Assembly (NCBI GenBank): GCA_052033915.1
Contig: JBPOJF010000010.1
Span: 69,566-133,565, forward strand
DNA length: 64,000 nucleotides
Direction of reading: 5' to 3'
Source: Lentisphaerota bacterium
Lineage (GTDB): Bacteria; Verrucomicrobiota; Kiritimatiellia; CAIQIC01; JAGNIJ01
Part shown: positions 9,476-19,655 of the stretch, piece after piece
Layout of the letters: every line of letters starts with the position of its first letter
Numbering within the stretch: position 1 is the first letter of the stretch
The notes under the pieces: model-generated
What the model saw: the letters and a program-made list of their open reading frames with translations, nothing else
Databases searched by the model: none
What the model was told of the DNA's origin: nothing
Made by a program: the position numbers and the translations under genes

Positions 9476-11233
9476 ATGGGCGCCAACACCAAAGCTGCGA
9501 ACGCGGGGGTTCCCGACTGGGCGAAGGACGCCGTCTGGTACCAGATTTTTCCCGAGCGCTTTCGCAACGGCTTGTCCGCCAACGATCCGACGCCGGAGAC
9601 CCTGGCGGAAGCCGGGGTTCATCTGCCGGCCGGCTGGTCGGTCTGTCCGTGGGATATGGATTGGTACGACCGCGCGCGCTGGGAATTGCCAGCCGCCGAT
9701 TTCTACCGGACGGTCTACATGCGCCGGTTCGGCGGCGACCTGATCGGGGTGAGGGAGAAGCTCGATTATCTCCAGGACCTCGGCGTCAACGCGATCTACT
9801 TGAACCCGGTGTTTGTCGCGCCGTCCCTGCACAAGTACGACGGCGCGTGTTACCACCACATCGACCCTACGTTCGGCCCCGACCGCGACGGCGACAGGGA
9901 CATGCCCGGCCGCGCCGGCGAGACGGAAAACCCGGCGACATGGGTGTGGACGGCCGCCGATCGCTATTTCCTCGACCTCGTCCGCGATATTCACCGGCGA
10001 GGGATGCGCGTCATCATCGACGGCGTGTTCAATCACACGGGCCGGAATTTCTTCGCGTTCCAGGACCTGCTGAAGAACGGGAGGAAATCCCGCTACTGCG
10101 ACTGGTACCGGATCACGAAGTGGAACCGGGACGGCTCGTTCGACTACAAGGGCTGGTTCAATCACAAGAGCCTGCCGGAACTGGGCCGGGGGAAGGACGA
10201 CCTGGCGGACCCGGTTCGCGAGTACATCTTCAACATCACCCGCCGCTGGATGGATCCGCACGGCAACGGGGATCGTTCGGCCGGAGTGGACGGCTGGCGG
10301 CTCGATGCGGCGTTCTGTGTGCCGCACGGTTTCTGGAAGAAGTGGCGCGCGCATGTGAAGAGCATCCATCCCGACGCGTTCCTGACGGCCGAGGTTGTGG
10401 ACACGGCGACGGACTACCTGCGCGGCGACGAGTTCGATTCGGTGATGAACTACATGTGGCTTTTTCCCACGGTCCGCTTTTTCTCCCCGTCGGCGAAGCC
10501 GTCGACGGCCGCGAGGTTGATCCGGGACCTCGATATGCTGGCGCGCAAATATCCGAAGGATGTCGCGCTGGTCCTGCAGAATCTCCTCGATTCGCACGAC
10601 GTGGGGAGAATCTCCACGATTCTTGAGAACCGGCTGGCCCCGGAGGTGAACTGGGACAGCTATTCTTCGCTCTCCCGCGCGCAGGGCAACCCGGACTTGA
10701 ATACGCGGCGGCCGTCGAAGAAGACGCTCGGCATCCTGCGGCAGATGGTGATTTTTCAGATGACGTACCCCGGCGCGCCGATGATCTATTACGGCACGGA
10801 GGCGGGGTTGTGGGGCGCCAACGATCCGGACAACCGGCAGCCGATGCTCTGGGGCGACATCAAGCGGCGGCCGGAGACGCACACGCCGCGCGGGCGTTGC
10901 GGACGCCTGCCGGCCGCACCCGACAAGCGCCTGTTCAAGTTCTACCAGCGCGCCATCGGCCTTCGGAAAGCCCACGCGGTGTTGCGGCGCGGCGCGATGC
11001 GCTGGATCGAGACTTCCGACGAGCGGCTTCTGGCTTTTGCGCGTTCCGATGCGCAGTCCGAAATCGTGATCCTGCTGAACGCGGGCGATGCGCCGCTCTC
11101 ATGGGCGCTGAAGTCGCCTGCGTTCGACCTCTGGAAGTCGAGGACAGTGAAAGCGGGCCGGGTGGAGGTCCTTCCGCGCGGTTGGCGAATCCTGTCCGTG
11201 CAAGCCGGTCCTACGGCGTTACGAGGTCGGTGA
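9476..11233 (+). CDS. GH13 alpha-amylase family (cyclomaltodextrinase/neopullulanase-like)
   Basis: WYQIFPERF, GVNAIYLNP, DGVFNH, DGWRLD (nucleophile), AE (acid/base), LDSHD. Confidence 0.92.
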   Translation: MGANTKAANAGVPDWAKDAVWYQIFPERFRNGLSANDPTPETLAEAGVHLPAGWSVCPWDMDWYDRARWELPAADFYRTVYMRRFGGDLIGVREKLDYLQDLGVNAIYLNPVFVAPSLHKYDGACYHHIDPTFGPDRDGDRDMPGRAGETENPATWVWTAADRYFLDLVRDIHRRGMRVIIDGVFNHTGRNFFAFQDLLKNGRKSRYCDWYRITKWNRDGSFDYKGWFNHKSLPELGRGKDDLADPVREYIFNITRRWMDPHGNGDRSAGVDGWRLDAAFCVPHGFWKKWRAHVKSIHPDAFLTAEVVDTATDYLRGDEFDSVMNYMWLFPTVRFFSPSAKPSTAARLIRDLDMLARKYPKDVALVLQNLLDSHDVGRISTILENRLAPEVNWDSYSSLSRAQGNPDLNTRRPSKKTLGILRQMVIFQMTYPGAPMIYYGTEAGLWGANDPDNRQPMLWGDIKRRPETHTPRGRCGRLPAAPDKRLFKFYQRAIGLRKAHAVLRRGAMRWIETSDERLLAFARSDAQSEIVILLNAGDAPLSWALKSPAFDLWKSRTVKAGRVEVLPRGWRILSVQAGPTALRGR

Positions 11234-11812
11234 GGTCGGGCGTGGAGCGATCCGGGTCAGCGAACCGGTTGAATCCGGGCCGACCTTTTTTTTTGGACTG
11301 AACTTCACCCCGTAGGAATTGGAGGCCAACTCGCCATTCCAGAACGGCACGAGATCCGGGTTCGTGTTCCGCGCCGTTCGGAGATACGCGCGGAACTCCG
11401 TGATGCCCTTGCGCTCGAAGTAGTAGGTTCGGATCGAGACCGATTTCGTCAACTTCTGCCCGGGGCGCAGACGGACCGAATCGGTCCGCGTGAAGAACTG
11501 GTCCCGCCGGGGTTCGTAGACGAAGCTGTCGTGGCGTCCGTCCGGGTAAATCCATGTGAAAAAGAAATCGGGGTTGCGCGGAATCCACAACGGCCTTGCG
11601 CTGATGTTCTTGATGCTGACCAGGAAGACGATCGGTTCCCCGATGGGCCACTCCGGGTGCTTGCAGGAAATGGAGACCTTCAGGATGTTCGAGTCGTCCG
11701 CGTCGTTCAAGGAGCCCACTTCTTTCGGGATGTAGCGGGAGGGGACGGTCGCGCAACCCGCCAGGAACAGGGCGGTGACGAGAAGCAGGCTGATCTGCAT
11801 GTAGGCGCGCAC
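11219..11812 (-). CDS. Hypothetical lipoprotein
   Basis: Lipobox LAGC after a hydrophobic stretch; beta-rich Ig-like body; start may be ATG 11800. Confidence 0.7.
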   Translation of the reverse strand: MRAYMQISLLLVTALFLAGCATVPSRYIPKEVGSLNDADDSNILKVSISCKHPEWPIGEPIVFLVSIKNISARPLWIPRNPDFFFTWIYPDGRHDSFVYEPRRDQFFTRTDSVRLRPGQKLTKSVSIRTYYFERKGITEFRAYLRTARNTNPDLVPFWNGELASNSYGVKFSPKKKVGPDSTGSLTRIAPRPTSPTS

Positions 11813-11976
11813 GGTTTTTCCCTCTCGTTAACTACTCAAGCAGCATAATCCGTACCACGGAGCCTGATTCCGTTTCCCAATCGATAAAGTACCGAAAAAC
11901 GAGGTTTGGGTTCAGGCCGGCAGGGCCAATTCCCGGCTTTTTCTCGAAATCGATAAAGGTTAGTCTTCACACCGCT

Positions 11977-12327
11977 ATGAAAAAGTATCTCGTTTACATA
12001 ACCGCCGGGAGCGTTCCGGAAGCGCGGCGCCTGGCGCGCGCGCTTCTGGAGAACCGCTTGGCCGCCTGCGTCAACCTCCTGGGCTCGATACAGTCTTTGT
12101 ACTGGTGGAAGGGCGCGATCTGTTCAGGCCGGGAAACGGCTCTGCTGGCCAAAACAACCGCGGGCAAATTGGATGCGCTGATACGGAAGGTTCGCGCGGT
12201 CCATTCCTACGACGTTCCATGTGTCGTGGCGATGCCGATCACGAAGGGCAATCCGGAGTTCCTTGCGTGGATCGAAAAAGAAACTCAGTCGCTCCGCCGT
12301 CCGAGGAGGCCCGCCCGCATCAGGTAG
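11977..12327 (+). CDS. cutA: Divalent-cation tolerance protein CutA
   Basis: LAACVN, SLYWWKG, HSYDVPC. Confidence 0.93.
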   Translation: MKKYLVYITAGSVPEARRLARALLENRLAACVNLLGSIQSLYWWKGAICSGRETALLAKTTAGKLDALIRKVRAVHSYDVPCVVAMPITKGNPEFLAWIEKETQSLRRPRRPARIR

Positions 12328-12977
12328 TAGAGGAAGGTCAGGATCGCCGTCACGGCGGAAGCGATGTAGGTCAGAAACGCCGCGTTCAGCACGGCGGCAG
12401 CTGCGGGTTGCTCCGCGGGCGTGACAATTCCGGCCTGCACCATCAGGCGTTTGGCCCGGGAGCTTGCGTTCCATTCGACGGGCAGCGTGATCAGCGCGAA
12501 CAGAACCGTGAGCCCGAAAACCAGGAGCCCCGCCTTGACCAGGAAGGGCAGGCCGAAGAGAAGGCCGACGAAGAAAATGGGAAGGGCGAGATTGCTCCCG
12601 ATCTGCGCCGCGGGCACGAGGCTCGAGCGGAGGGTCAGAGGCGCGTAGTTCCTTGCATGCTGAAGGGCGTGACCCGCCTCGTGACAGGCTACCCCGATGG
12701 CCGAGAGGGACTGGGATTGATACACCTGCGGGGAGAGACGCAGGGTTCGCGACCGGGGATCGTAATGATCGCTCAGAAATCCCTGTGTGATCTCGACCGG
12801 CACGTCGGCCAGGCCCTGGGAATCCAGCAAATGGCGGGCCGCCTGCGCGCCCGATACGCCCGAAGACGCCGCCACCTGCGAGTACTTGGCGAAGGTTGAC
12901 TTAGTCAGGAATGTCGCCAGCAAGGCCAGCGCCACGCCCGGCAGAATCATCATCATGTAAAGAGGATCAATAATCAT
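12285..12977 (-). CDS. Putative neutral zinc metallopeptidase (YugP-like)
   Basis: LSDHYDP, VACHEAGHALQH, TLPVEWNAS, AAFLTY. Confidence 0.92.
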   Translation of the reverse strand: MIIDPLYMMMILPGVALALLATFLTKSTFAKYSQVAASSGVSGAQAARHLLDSQGLADVPVEITQGFLSDHYDPRSRTLRLSPQVYQSQSLSAIGVACHEAGHALQHARNYAPLTLRSSLVPAAQIGSNLALPIFFVGLLFGLPFLVKAGLLVFGLTVLFALITLPVEWNASSRAKRLMVQAGIVTPAEQPAAAAVLNAAFLTYIASAVTAILTFLYYLMRAGLLGRRSD

Positions 12978-13031
12978 AACGGTTCTTTCATTCTATGGTT
13001 CAATAGATAGACATTCAAGGGACCGAGTTGT

Positions 13032-15140
13032 TCATCGCCCGAATCGCCGCAAGGGCGATGAGGCCAGAACGGTGGTTGAGCGGCCGTCGAGGGTGATGAC
13101 GCCCCTTCTCCGGGGCCGCGCGGGCGGTTCCTCTTCGGTGGTCAACGCGAGCACCCACGGCTTGTTCGGGGCGGGGGGGATTCTGAAGTTCACGGGTTCT
13201 TCGCCGGGGTTGAAAAGGAGCAGCAGGCTGTCGTCATCGTCGTCATCGCCCGTGAATTCACGATGGCCGTTGATTAGGCAGGCCAGGGCCGTGTCATTTT
13301 CCCAATCGGGTTCCGCGCCGTCCGGCCCGAACCACAGGACGTCCGCGGTTGTCTCGTCGGGCGTTTTGCCCGTGAAGAAACGGGTGCGCCGCAGGCAGGC
13401 ATGGGCCTTGCGGAACGCGATGAGCTTCTTGACGAAGGAGTGGAGATCGGCGTGCTCGTCGAGGAGGCTCCAGTCAATCCAACTGATCTCGTTGTCCTGG
13501 CAGTAGGCATTGTTATTGCCCTGCTGGGTCCGCGAAAACTCGTCGCCCGCGACGATCATCGGCACCCCCTGCGACAGGAAAACCGCGGCCAGCAGGTTCT
13601 TTTGCTGGCGCTTGCGGACGGCGAGGATGGAGGGGTCGTCCGAAGGACCTTCCTCTCCGTAGTTCGCGCTGAAATTGCGGTTCTCGCCGTCCCGGTTGTC
13701 CTCGCCATTTTCCTCGTTTCGTTTCTGCTCGTAGGAAACCAGATCGCATAGCGTGAATCCGTCGTGGCTGGTGATGAAGTTGATGCTCTTCAGCGGGGTC
13801 TGATTGAGCTTGTCATACAGATCGGAGCTGCCCGCGATTCTCGTGGCGAATTTGCCCAGCATTTCTTTTTCGCCCTTCCAGAATCGCCGGACCTCGTCGC
13901 GGAACATGCCGTTCCACTCCGACCAGCGCTCGTTCGGGAACTTGCCGACCTGGTAGGTTCCTGCCGCGTCCCACGCCTCGGCGATGATCTTGGTGTCGCG
14001 CAGCGCCGGGTCCTCGGCAATGTCCTCGACGATCGGCGGATTCGGCAGGATCTCGCCGTCCGGTCCGCGGGTGAGCACGGAGGCGAGGTCGAAGCGGAAC
14101 CCGTCCACGTGCATGTGCAGAACCCAGTAGCGCAGGCAGTCCATGATGAACTTGCGGACCACGGGGTGGTTGCTGTTGACGGTGTTGCCGCAGCCGGAGA
14201 AGTTTTTGTAGTGCGGCCGGGTCGGCTCCATCATGTAGAAGATGGAGTTGTCGATGCCGCGGAACGAGTACGTCGGTCCGCCGTCGCCGCCCTCGGCGGT
14301 GTGGTTGAACACCACGTCGAGAATCACTTCGATCCCCGCCTTGTGAAACGCAACGACCATCTCCTGGAACTCGCGCACCTGCCGACCGTGGGCGCCGGCG
14401 TGCGCGTACCGCCGGTTCGGCGCGAAGAACGCAAGGGTGCTGTAGCCCCAGAAATTGCGCAAGCCGCGGCGGGGCCCGTTTTCGAGATAATACTCCATCT
14501 CGTTGAATTCCTGGGTGGGTAGAAGCTCGATGGCGGTGATGCCCAGATCCTGGAGATACGGGATCTTTTCGATCAGGCCGCGGTATGTGCCCGGATGATT
14601 TACGCCCGAACTGGAATGCGCGGTGAATCCCCGCACGTGCGCTTCGTAGATGACGGTCTTGGAGAGGGGGGTGCGGAGCGTGTGATCCTCGGACCAGTCG
14701 AACGCGTTCCGGACAATGACGGCCTTGGGGAAAAGCGGCCCGTTCTTCGGCGGTTTGCCGGGCGTGAGCCCCCGCGCATCGCCCCAGCGGGGAGCGCCCG
14801 AAACCGCCAGCGCGTACGGATCGAGCAGCCACTGGTCGGGATCGAAGAAATTCGCCGTGTCGCGCGGCGTTTCGCCTTCCATGCGGTACAGGTAGTACTG
14901 GCCTTCCCGCGCGTCCTCGACGTGCAGGTGCCAGATATCGCCGATCCGGTTTTTCTCCGGGGTCAGTTCGTACTCGGCTGCCGGCTTCGCGTCATCCGGC
15001 GCGTTGAACAGCATCAGGTATACACGCGTGGCATTGCGGCTGAAGATCGTGAACTGCACCCCTTTCTCCACGATGTGCGCGCCGTAGGGGACGGGGATCG
15101 GATTGCTGGGTAGAAGGTGTTTGTATGTTTTGGATTTCAT
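13032..15140 (-). CDS. glgX: Glycogen debranching enzyme / isoamylase (GH13_11)
   Basis: NFWGYST, DVVFNHTAEG, DGFRFDLAS, IAEAWD, TSHDGFTL, QQGNNNAYCQDNEISW. Confidence 0.96.
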   Translation of the reverse strand: MKSKTYKHLLPSNPIPVPYGAHIVEKGVQFTIFSRNATRVYLMLFNAPDDAKPAAEYELTPEKNRIGDIWHLHVEDAREGQYYLYRMEGETPRDTANFFDPDQWLLDPYALAVSGAPRWGDARGLTPGKPPKNGPLFPKAVIVRNAFDWSEDHTLRTPLSKTVIYEAHVRGFTAHSSSGVNHPGTYRGLIEKIPYLQDLGITAIELLPTQEFNEMEYYLENGPRRGLRNFWGYSTLAFFAPNRRYAHAGAHGRQVREFQEMVVAFHKAGIEVILDVVFNHTAEGGDGGPTYSFRGIDNSIFYMMEPTRPHYKNFSGCGNTVNSNHPVVRKFIMDCLRYWVLHMHVDGFRFDLASVLTRGPDGEILPNPPIVEDIAEDPALRDTKIIAEAWDAAGTYQVGKFPNERWSEWNGMFRDEVRRFWKGEKEMLGKFATRIAGSSDLYDKLNQTPLKSINFITSHDGFTLCDLVSYEQKRNEENGEDNRDGENRNFSANYGEEGPSDDPSILAVRKRQQKNLLAAVFLSQGVPMIVAGDEFSRTQQGNNNAYCQDNEISWIDWSLLDEHADLHSFVKKLIAFRKAHACLRRTRFFTGKTPDETTADVLWFGPDGAEPDWENDTALACLINGHREFTGDDDDDDSLLLLFNPGEEPVNFRIPPAPNKPWVLALTTEEEPPARPRRRGVITLDGRSTTVLASSPLRRFGR

Positions 15141-15158
15141 GGATTGTGAAGGACGTCC

Positions 15159-16439
15159 TTACGTGTCAAAACGGTTGCCCCAAAGAATGGTTTTCAGGAG
15201 CCGGCCGGTTTGGTTGAGCATCGGGACGAGCCCCCGGCCGGACCGGTGACGCCGCGAATGATGATGTTTTCGGGTTCTGTTGGAAGGCGTGCCGGTCAGG
15301 GTCCGGCCGATTCGGACGCTTGCCCCGGCGACGCTTTGAACTCCCGCCGCCACGGTATGGACGCCGGCGGTCGCCGGCTTGACGACAAGAAAGTCCAAGG
15401 TCCGGGCGGTCATGTCCACCGCCGATGCCACTCCGCGGGTGATCGTGTCCCAGAATCCGGGTTGGTTCGCCTCGTCCGGAGAAACGGCCGAACGGATGGG
15501 GCCCTTGAGCTCCGGCATCAGGTCCTTGGTAAAGAGGTCCTTCACATCGATCAGGAAATCCGACATCCGCGTCCTGAGAGAACGGACCTCCTCCTCGCGG
15601 CTCCATCCGCGGAACGCGGCGCAGCGGTCCATCGCCGTGTGCCCCGCGACGGAGGTAAGCAGTCCCGCGCCCAGGCCCTGGCCGATGTCGTCGATCACCC
15701 GCCCGATGAACGGCACCTGCGAGAAAAGGCTTTCGATCAGCCTGCGGCTGATGTTGAGAAAGTTGACCGTGGCGACAACGGCCAGGATGTCGCGGAGAAT
15801 GGTCCATTCCTCCCGGGGCGTGGGGCGGCTCCGGTAGATACGCATGATGCGAAGAACCATGGTGAAGTTCCGGTACAGGACGATGAACACATCCGCGCTC
15901 GGATACGGGCTCAGCGTGACCGCGAGCATGACGTCGCGGACCGATCGCCGCACTTCGTGCGACGCCTTCTCGTTCAGTTGCGCGAGCAGGGGGTGGACGA
16001 CTTCCTGTTCGATCTTCACGATCGTGCGCGCGAGATCGTCGTTCAGCGGATGCGCGCCGAGCGCGTCCTGGATGTAAGCGATGCCGTCGCCGGCGGCCGC
16101 CGCCGGCGCGCCTTCGAGGTTCGGGTTCTCCGCCAGCCGGCCGAGATACTCGGCCAGGTATTTGCAGTACCGGCGCATCTCCATGTGGCTCGCGGCGGAC
16201 AGTTCCGGCATGGGCGGCGGAGTCAGGGCGCGCGGATAGGCGCGCAGACCGCGCCAGCCATAGATCAACAAGCCGAGAATTCCGGCAAGAAGAATTCCGG
16301 CGAAGGTGAAGCCGGCTGCCGGGTGAATGCGGTAGAAAAGGACGAACAGTCGGAAACATTCGGCGAGAAAGACAAACCCGAGCAGAACGCCCGCGATGAG
16401 GGTCACCCGAACCAGCAGATTCCAGAGTTGCTTCAACAT
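15159..16439 (-). CDS. YcjF/DUF697-like membrane protein
   Basis: Two N-terminal TM helices; SPYPSADVFIVLYRNFTMVLRIMRIY and GQGLGAGLLT resemble YcjF. Confidence 0.65.
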   Translation of the reverse strand: MLKQLWNLLVRVTLIAGVLLGFVFLAECFRLFVLFYRIHPAAGFTFAGILLAGILGLLIYGWRGLRAYPRALTPPPMPELSAASHMEMRRYCKYLAEYLGRLAENPNLEGAPAAAAGDGIAYIQDALGAHPLNDDLARTIVKIEQEVVHPLLAQLNEKASHEVRRSVRDVMLAVTLSPYPSADVFIVLYRNFTMVLRIMRIYRSRPTPREEWTILRDILAVVATVNFLNISRRLIESLFSQVPFIGRVIDDIGQGLGAGLLTSVAGHTAMDRCAAFRGWSREEEVRSLRTRMSDFLIDVKDLFTKDLMPELKGPIRSAVSPDEANQPGFWDTITRGVASAVDMTARTLDFLVVKPATAGVHTVAAGVQSVAGASVRIGRTLTGTPSNRTRKHHHSRRHRSGRGLVPMLNQTGRLLKTILWGNRFDT

Positions 16440-16508
16440 GTTGAGGGCAGACTAGGGCGTTGAGGATGCGGTCTCAAGCGTTTTCTGAAAGGCCGGAAAG
16501 GTCTGCCG

Positions 16509-17282
16509 TTACGCGATTTTTCGCTTCAGCGCATCCAGCGCGATGCCCCGGCTCGGCAGGGCCATGTCCAGGTGGTAGGAGAGGAACAGCCCCAACAGTT
16601 TCTCGATTTCCCCGATCTGCCGGCTCGTGCATTGCGTGCTCAGCGCCGCCTGCGACGATCGGGCTCTCTGCCAGCCGGTCAATATGGCCAGGATGTCGGG
16701 CGCGATGGGCAACGATCCGGCCGGATTCGCCTCGACGCACGCCGGACAGAGGATCCCTCCGCGCGCGTAGGAAAAGACGGCCTTCCGCACGCCGGGGCGG
16801 AGTTCGCGCTCGCAGTTCAGGCACTGTTTGAGCCTGGGCGCAAGGCCGAGCGTCTCCAGCAGTTTCAGTTCGAACCAGAAAACAAACGGAACGGACGTGC
16901 CGAAGGACGCCAGTTGATCCAGCCCCGAATCCAGCAGGTCGAACAGGTCGCGGTGCGGCGCGTCCGGCGGGCTGACGCGAAACAGGAGGTCGGACAGGTA
17001 CGAGGCCGCCGCCGCGGCTTTCCAATCGAACCGGAACCGGTCGCGCGTTTTCAGCGGCGCGCATTCGCGGGCGATGTGGATGCCCGCCCGCTCGCGGGCG
17101 TAGTAGATCAGTTCGCACGTGTAGAACAAATCGTACTGGCCCAGGAACAGGCTTTTCGGACGCTGGGAGCCCTTGACCAGCGTTGCGATCCGGCCGTCTT
17201 CCGGCGTGAGCCAGGAGACGATTCGGGACGTGTTCGAATAGGGATAGTAGCGGAGAACGATCGCCTGGGTCTTGCGGATCAC
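16509..17282 (-). CDS. recO: DNA repair protein RecO
   Basis: GTG 17282 overlaps the upstream stop; AIVLR..YSNTSRIVSWLT..G; CxxC...CxxC zinc finger (CLNC, CPAC). Confidence 0.93.
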   Translation of the reverse strand: MIRKTQAIVLRYYPYSNTSRIVSWLTPEDGRIATLVKGSQRPKSLFLGQYDLFYTCELIYYARERAGIHIARECAPLKTRDRFRFDWKAAAAASYLSDLLFRVSPPDAPHRDLFDLLDSGLDQLASFGTSVPFVFWFELKLLETLGLAPRLKQCLNCERELRPGVRKAVFSYARGGILCPACVEANPAGSLPIAPDILAILTGWQRARSSQAALSTQCTSRQIGEIEKLLGLFLSYHLDMALPSRGIALDALKRKIA

Positions 17283-18019
17283 GATGACGGTTTCTGTTCG
17301 GCGTGCGGCAGGGCTTGCACCGACGATTTCCCGTCGCGCGTCACCCATGCCTCCAGTTTGTCGAGCAGGGTGGGCCGGTTGTCGAGATCCTGGCCGCCGG
17401 GATACACCGCCCCGGCCGAAATGACCATCTTCATGCCGTCGGCAACGGAGATCGGCAGAACCTGGATCTGCGAACGCGGGACAATGACGAAAAAGCCGGA
17501 GGTCGGGTTCGGCACGGTGGCTACGAACACGGACACATAGTCTCCGCTCGCGCGCTCCGGAAGGAGCGAGACCACCTCGTTGGGAACCGATGCCGTGATG
17601 AATCCCACGGAGTGCAACCCCTTCCGGGGATACTCGATCAGTACCACCTCTTTGAACATCGTCTGGCTCTGGTCCACCAGCGCCTCGCTGATCTGCCGGA
17701 CCGTCACGTAAATCTTGTTGATGAAGGGGATTCGCGCCAGCAGCATGTCGCCCAGCCGGTACAGCTTCTGGCCGATGATGTTGCGCGTCAGCAGGCCGAT
17801 CAGGAAAACCGCCACCAGAACAAGGATCAGGGCGGACGCCTGGAAGAGCAGGGCCGAGTATTCCTTGACCACGTGAGGCGGCACGTATTTCAGAACCCAC
17901 TCCGTGGTCAGGCGGAACAGGAAATCCACGACGAACACCGTAATGACGATCGGCGTCACGAGGATCAGCCCGACAATCATGTTGTTGCGGATGGAACGGC
18001 CTATGCCTTTTTTTGCCAT
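17279..18019 (-). CDS. DUF502 domain membrane protein
   Basis: GLILVTPIVIT, VVLIEYPRKG, VFVATVPNPTSGF. Confidence 0.9.
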   Translation of the reverse strand: MAKKGIGRSIRNNMIVGLILVTPIVITVFVVDFLFRLTTEWVLKYVPPHVVKEYSALLFQASALILVLVAVFLIGLLTRNIIGQKLYRLGDMLLARIPFINKIYVTVRQISEALVDQSQTMFKEVVLIEYPRKGLHSVGFITASVPNEVVSLLPERASGDYVSVFVATVPNPTSGFFVIVPRSQIQVLPISVADGMKMVISAGAVYPGGQDLDNRPTLLDKLEAWVTRDGKSSVQALPHAEQKPSS

Positions 18020-18061
18020 GGCATGATGATATGTTGCGGTGAACCGCCCGCCAAGACGGAA

Positions 18062-18532
18062 TCAGGATTTTGCGAGTTCCTTGAGCAGTCCGGCCTTTTC
18101 CGCTTTGGACAGCCACGCGTTCTCTTCGTTCAACATCGCTTTGCGAAGCGCCGGGGTGCGGTCGGATGCGCCGGCCAGGTGGTGGAGGCCGTGCGCGATG
18201 TACAGGGCCAGCTCACGGCCGGTCCCTCTTTCCGTTCGGCCGACGGCTTGAGCGCGTTCGGCGTTAACAAACACCTCGCCCGTCGAGCGCGGTTTCTCGC
18301 CGGGCACGCTGTCGTACGTCAGGCTGATCACGTCCGTAGGCCCGTCTTTCGAGAAGACGGCTCGGTTCACGGGCGTGATGCCGTCGTCGTCCGTCAAGAT
18401 CAGCGCGATTTCGGTCCAGGCCGCCAGCGGTTTGAGTTCGGGGCGGGAGGCGATCAGCCACGCCGCCAGCTTTTGAACCGCCGCGGTTCGAATCCGGGCT
18501 TTTTCCTGGCGGTTCTGCAGGACGAGTTTCAT
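18062..18532 (-). CDS. ybeY: rRNA maturation RNase YbeY
   Basis: GPTDVISL, GEVFVN, HGLHHLAG; ATG 18532 overlaps the phoH stop. Confidence 0.88.
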   Translation of the reverse strand: MKLVLQNRQEKARIRTAAVQKLAAWLIASRPELKPLAAWTEIALILTDDDGITPVNRAVFSKDGPTDVISLTYDSVPGEKPRSTGEVFVNAERAQAVGRTERGTGRELALYIAHGLHHLAGASDRTPALRKAMLNEENAWLSKAEKAGLLKELAKS

Positions 18533-19491
18533 CCGCGTGTTTCGCCGCGTTCCTCGCGGTAGGCCTGGATGATCTTCTGGACCAGTTCGTGCCGGACGAC
18601 ATCGGAATCGGTCAATTCGGTGAAGGAAATACCTTCGACCTTTGCCAGGGTGCGTTTGGCCTCGCCGAGGCCGGATTTCTTGTTCGGAGGAAGATCGATC
18701 TGCGTCAGGTCGCCGGTGATTACGCACTTCGAATCGAAGCCCAGGCGCGTGAGAAACATCAGCATCTGCTCCGGCGTCGTGTTTTGCGCCTCGTCGAGAA
18801 TGACGAACGCGTGGTTCAGCGTGCGGCCGCGCATGTACGCGAGGGGGGCGACTTCGAGGATGCCGCGCTCCATATTCCGTTGAATCTCGTCGGGGGACAT
18901 CATGTCGTAGAGCGCGTCGTACAGCGGCCGCAGGTACGGCGAGACCTTCTCGTGCATGTCGCCGGGCAGGAACCCGAGCGCCTCGCCCGCCTCGACCGCG
19001 GGCCGCGTGAGGATGAGCCGGCTGACCTCGTTGCGGAGAAGGGTGTTCACGGCCATCGCCATGGCGAGGTATGTCTTGCCGGTTCCGGCCGGGCCGATGC
19101 CGAACGAGATGTCCGTGCTGTGGATGTTTTCGACATACCGCTGTTGGCCGAACGTGCGGGGGAAAATGGCGGACTTGCCGGGGCCGACGTCGATCCGGCA
19201 GTCGTACAGCCGGTTCAGGTCCTCTTCGCGGCCTTCATGGAACGCGCGGAGGGCGAATTGAATCCCGTGTTCGCGCAGGATTGCCCCGGACCCGCGCGCC
19301 CGGCGCAATCCCTCGAAGAAACGTTCCGCGGCCGCCGCATTTTCCTCGGCGCCTTCGATGCGGAGCCATGTGTCGCGCGCCGTGAGGCGGACGCCCATGG
19401 ATTGCTCGACCCGCGGCAGGTATTCGCCGCGTCGGCCGATGATGTCCTGCGCCTCGCGCGCGTTATCGAAATGGACGGTTTTTTCAGCCAT
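18529..19491 (-). CDS. phoH: PhoH-family ATPase (YbeZ-like)
   Basis: GPAGTGKT, LTRPAVEAGE, APLAYMRGRT, ILDEAQN, VVRHELV. Confidence 0.95.
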   Translation of the reverse strand: MAEKTVHFDNAREAQDIIGRRGEYLPRVEQSMGVRLTARDTWLRIEGAEENAAAAERFFEGLRRARGSGAILREHGIQFALRAFHEGREEDLNRLYDCRIDVGPGKSAIFPRTFGQQRYVENIHSTDISFGIGPAGTGKTYLAMAMAVNTLLRNEVSRLILTRPAVEAGEALGFLPGDMHEKVSPYLRPLYDALYDMMSPDEIQRNMERGILEVAPLAYMRGRTLNHAFVILDEAQNTTPEQMLMFLTRLGFDSKCVITGDLTQIDLPPNKKSGLGEAKRTLAKVEGISFTELTDSDVVRHELVQKIIQAYREERGETRG

Positions 19492-19610
19492 GCGGGCTCC
19501 AGTAAATCCAAAGGGGGTGGGGGCGTCAATGGCAATTGGATTGCGTGTCGGGATGCATTGGACCGACGAAAGGCCGTTGTACGATACGGTAGGGAAGAGA
19601 TTCTACCTGT

Positions 19611-19655
19611 TCGGCGGCTGTAGCAGGCTGTGCGGCCACAGGCCCAGTTGGGTCA
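19611..19655. repeat. 45-bp direct repeat, copy 1 (displaced 3' end of gene 20614-21426)
   Basis: tcggcggctgtagcaggctgtgcggccacaggcccagttgggtca; 44/45 identical to 20625-20669. Confidence 0.95.

Noticed and set aside
11286-11294. T9 homopolymer (A9 in the lipoprotein gene) as a phase-variation tract
   Set aside because: Lies within the last ~25 codons, so slippage would change only the tail
18485-18495. GGTTCGAATCC, a tRNA T-loop-like sequence
   Set aside because: Lies inside ybeY; the T-stem does not pair fully and there is no acceptor, D or anticodon arm
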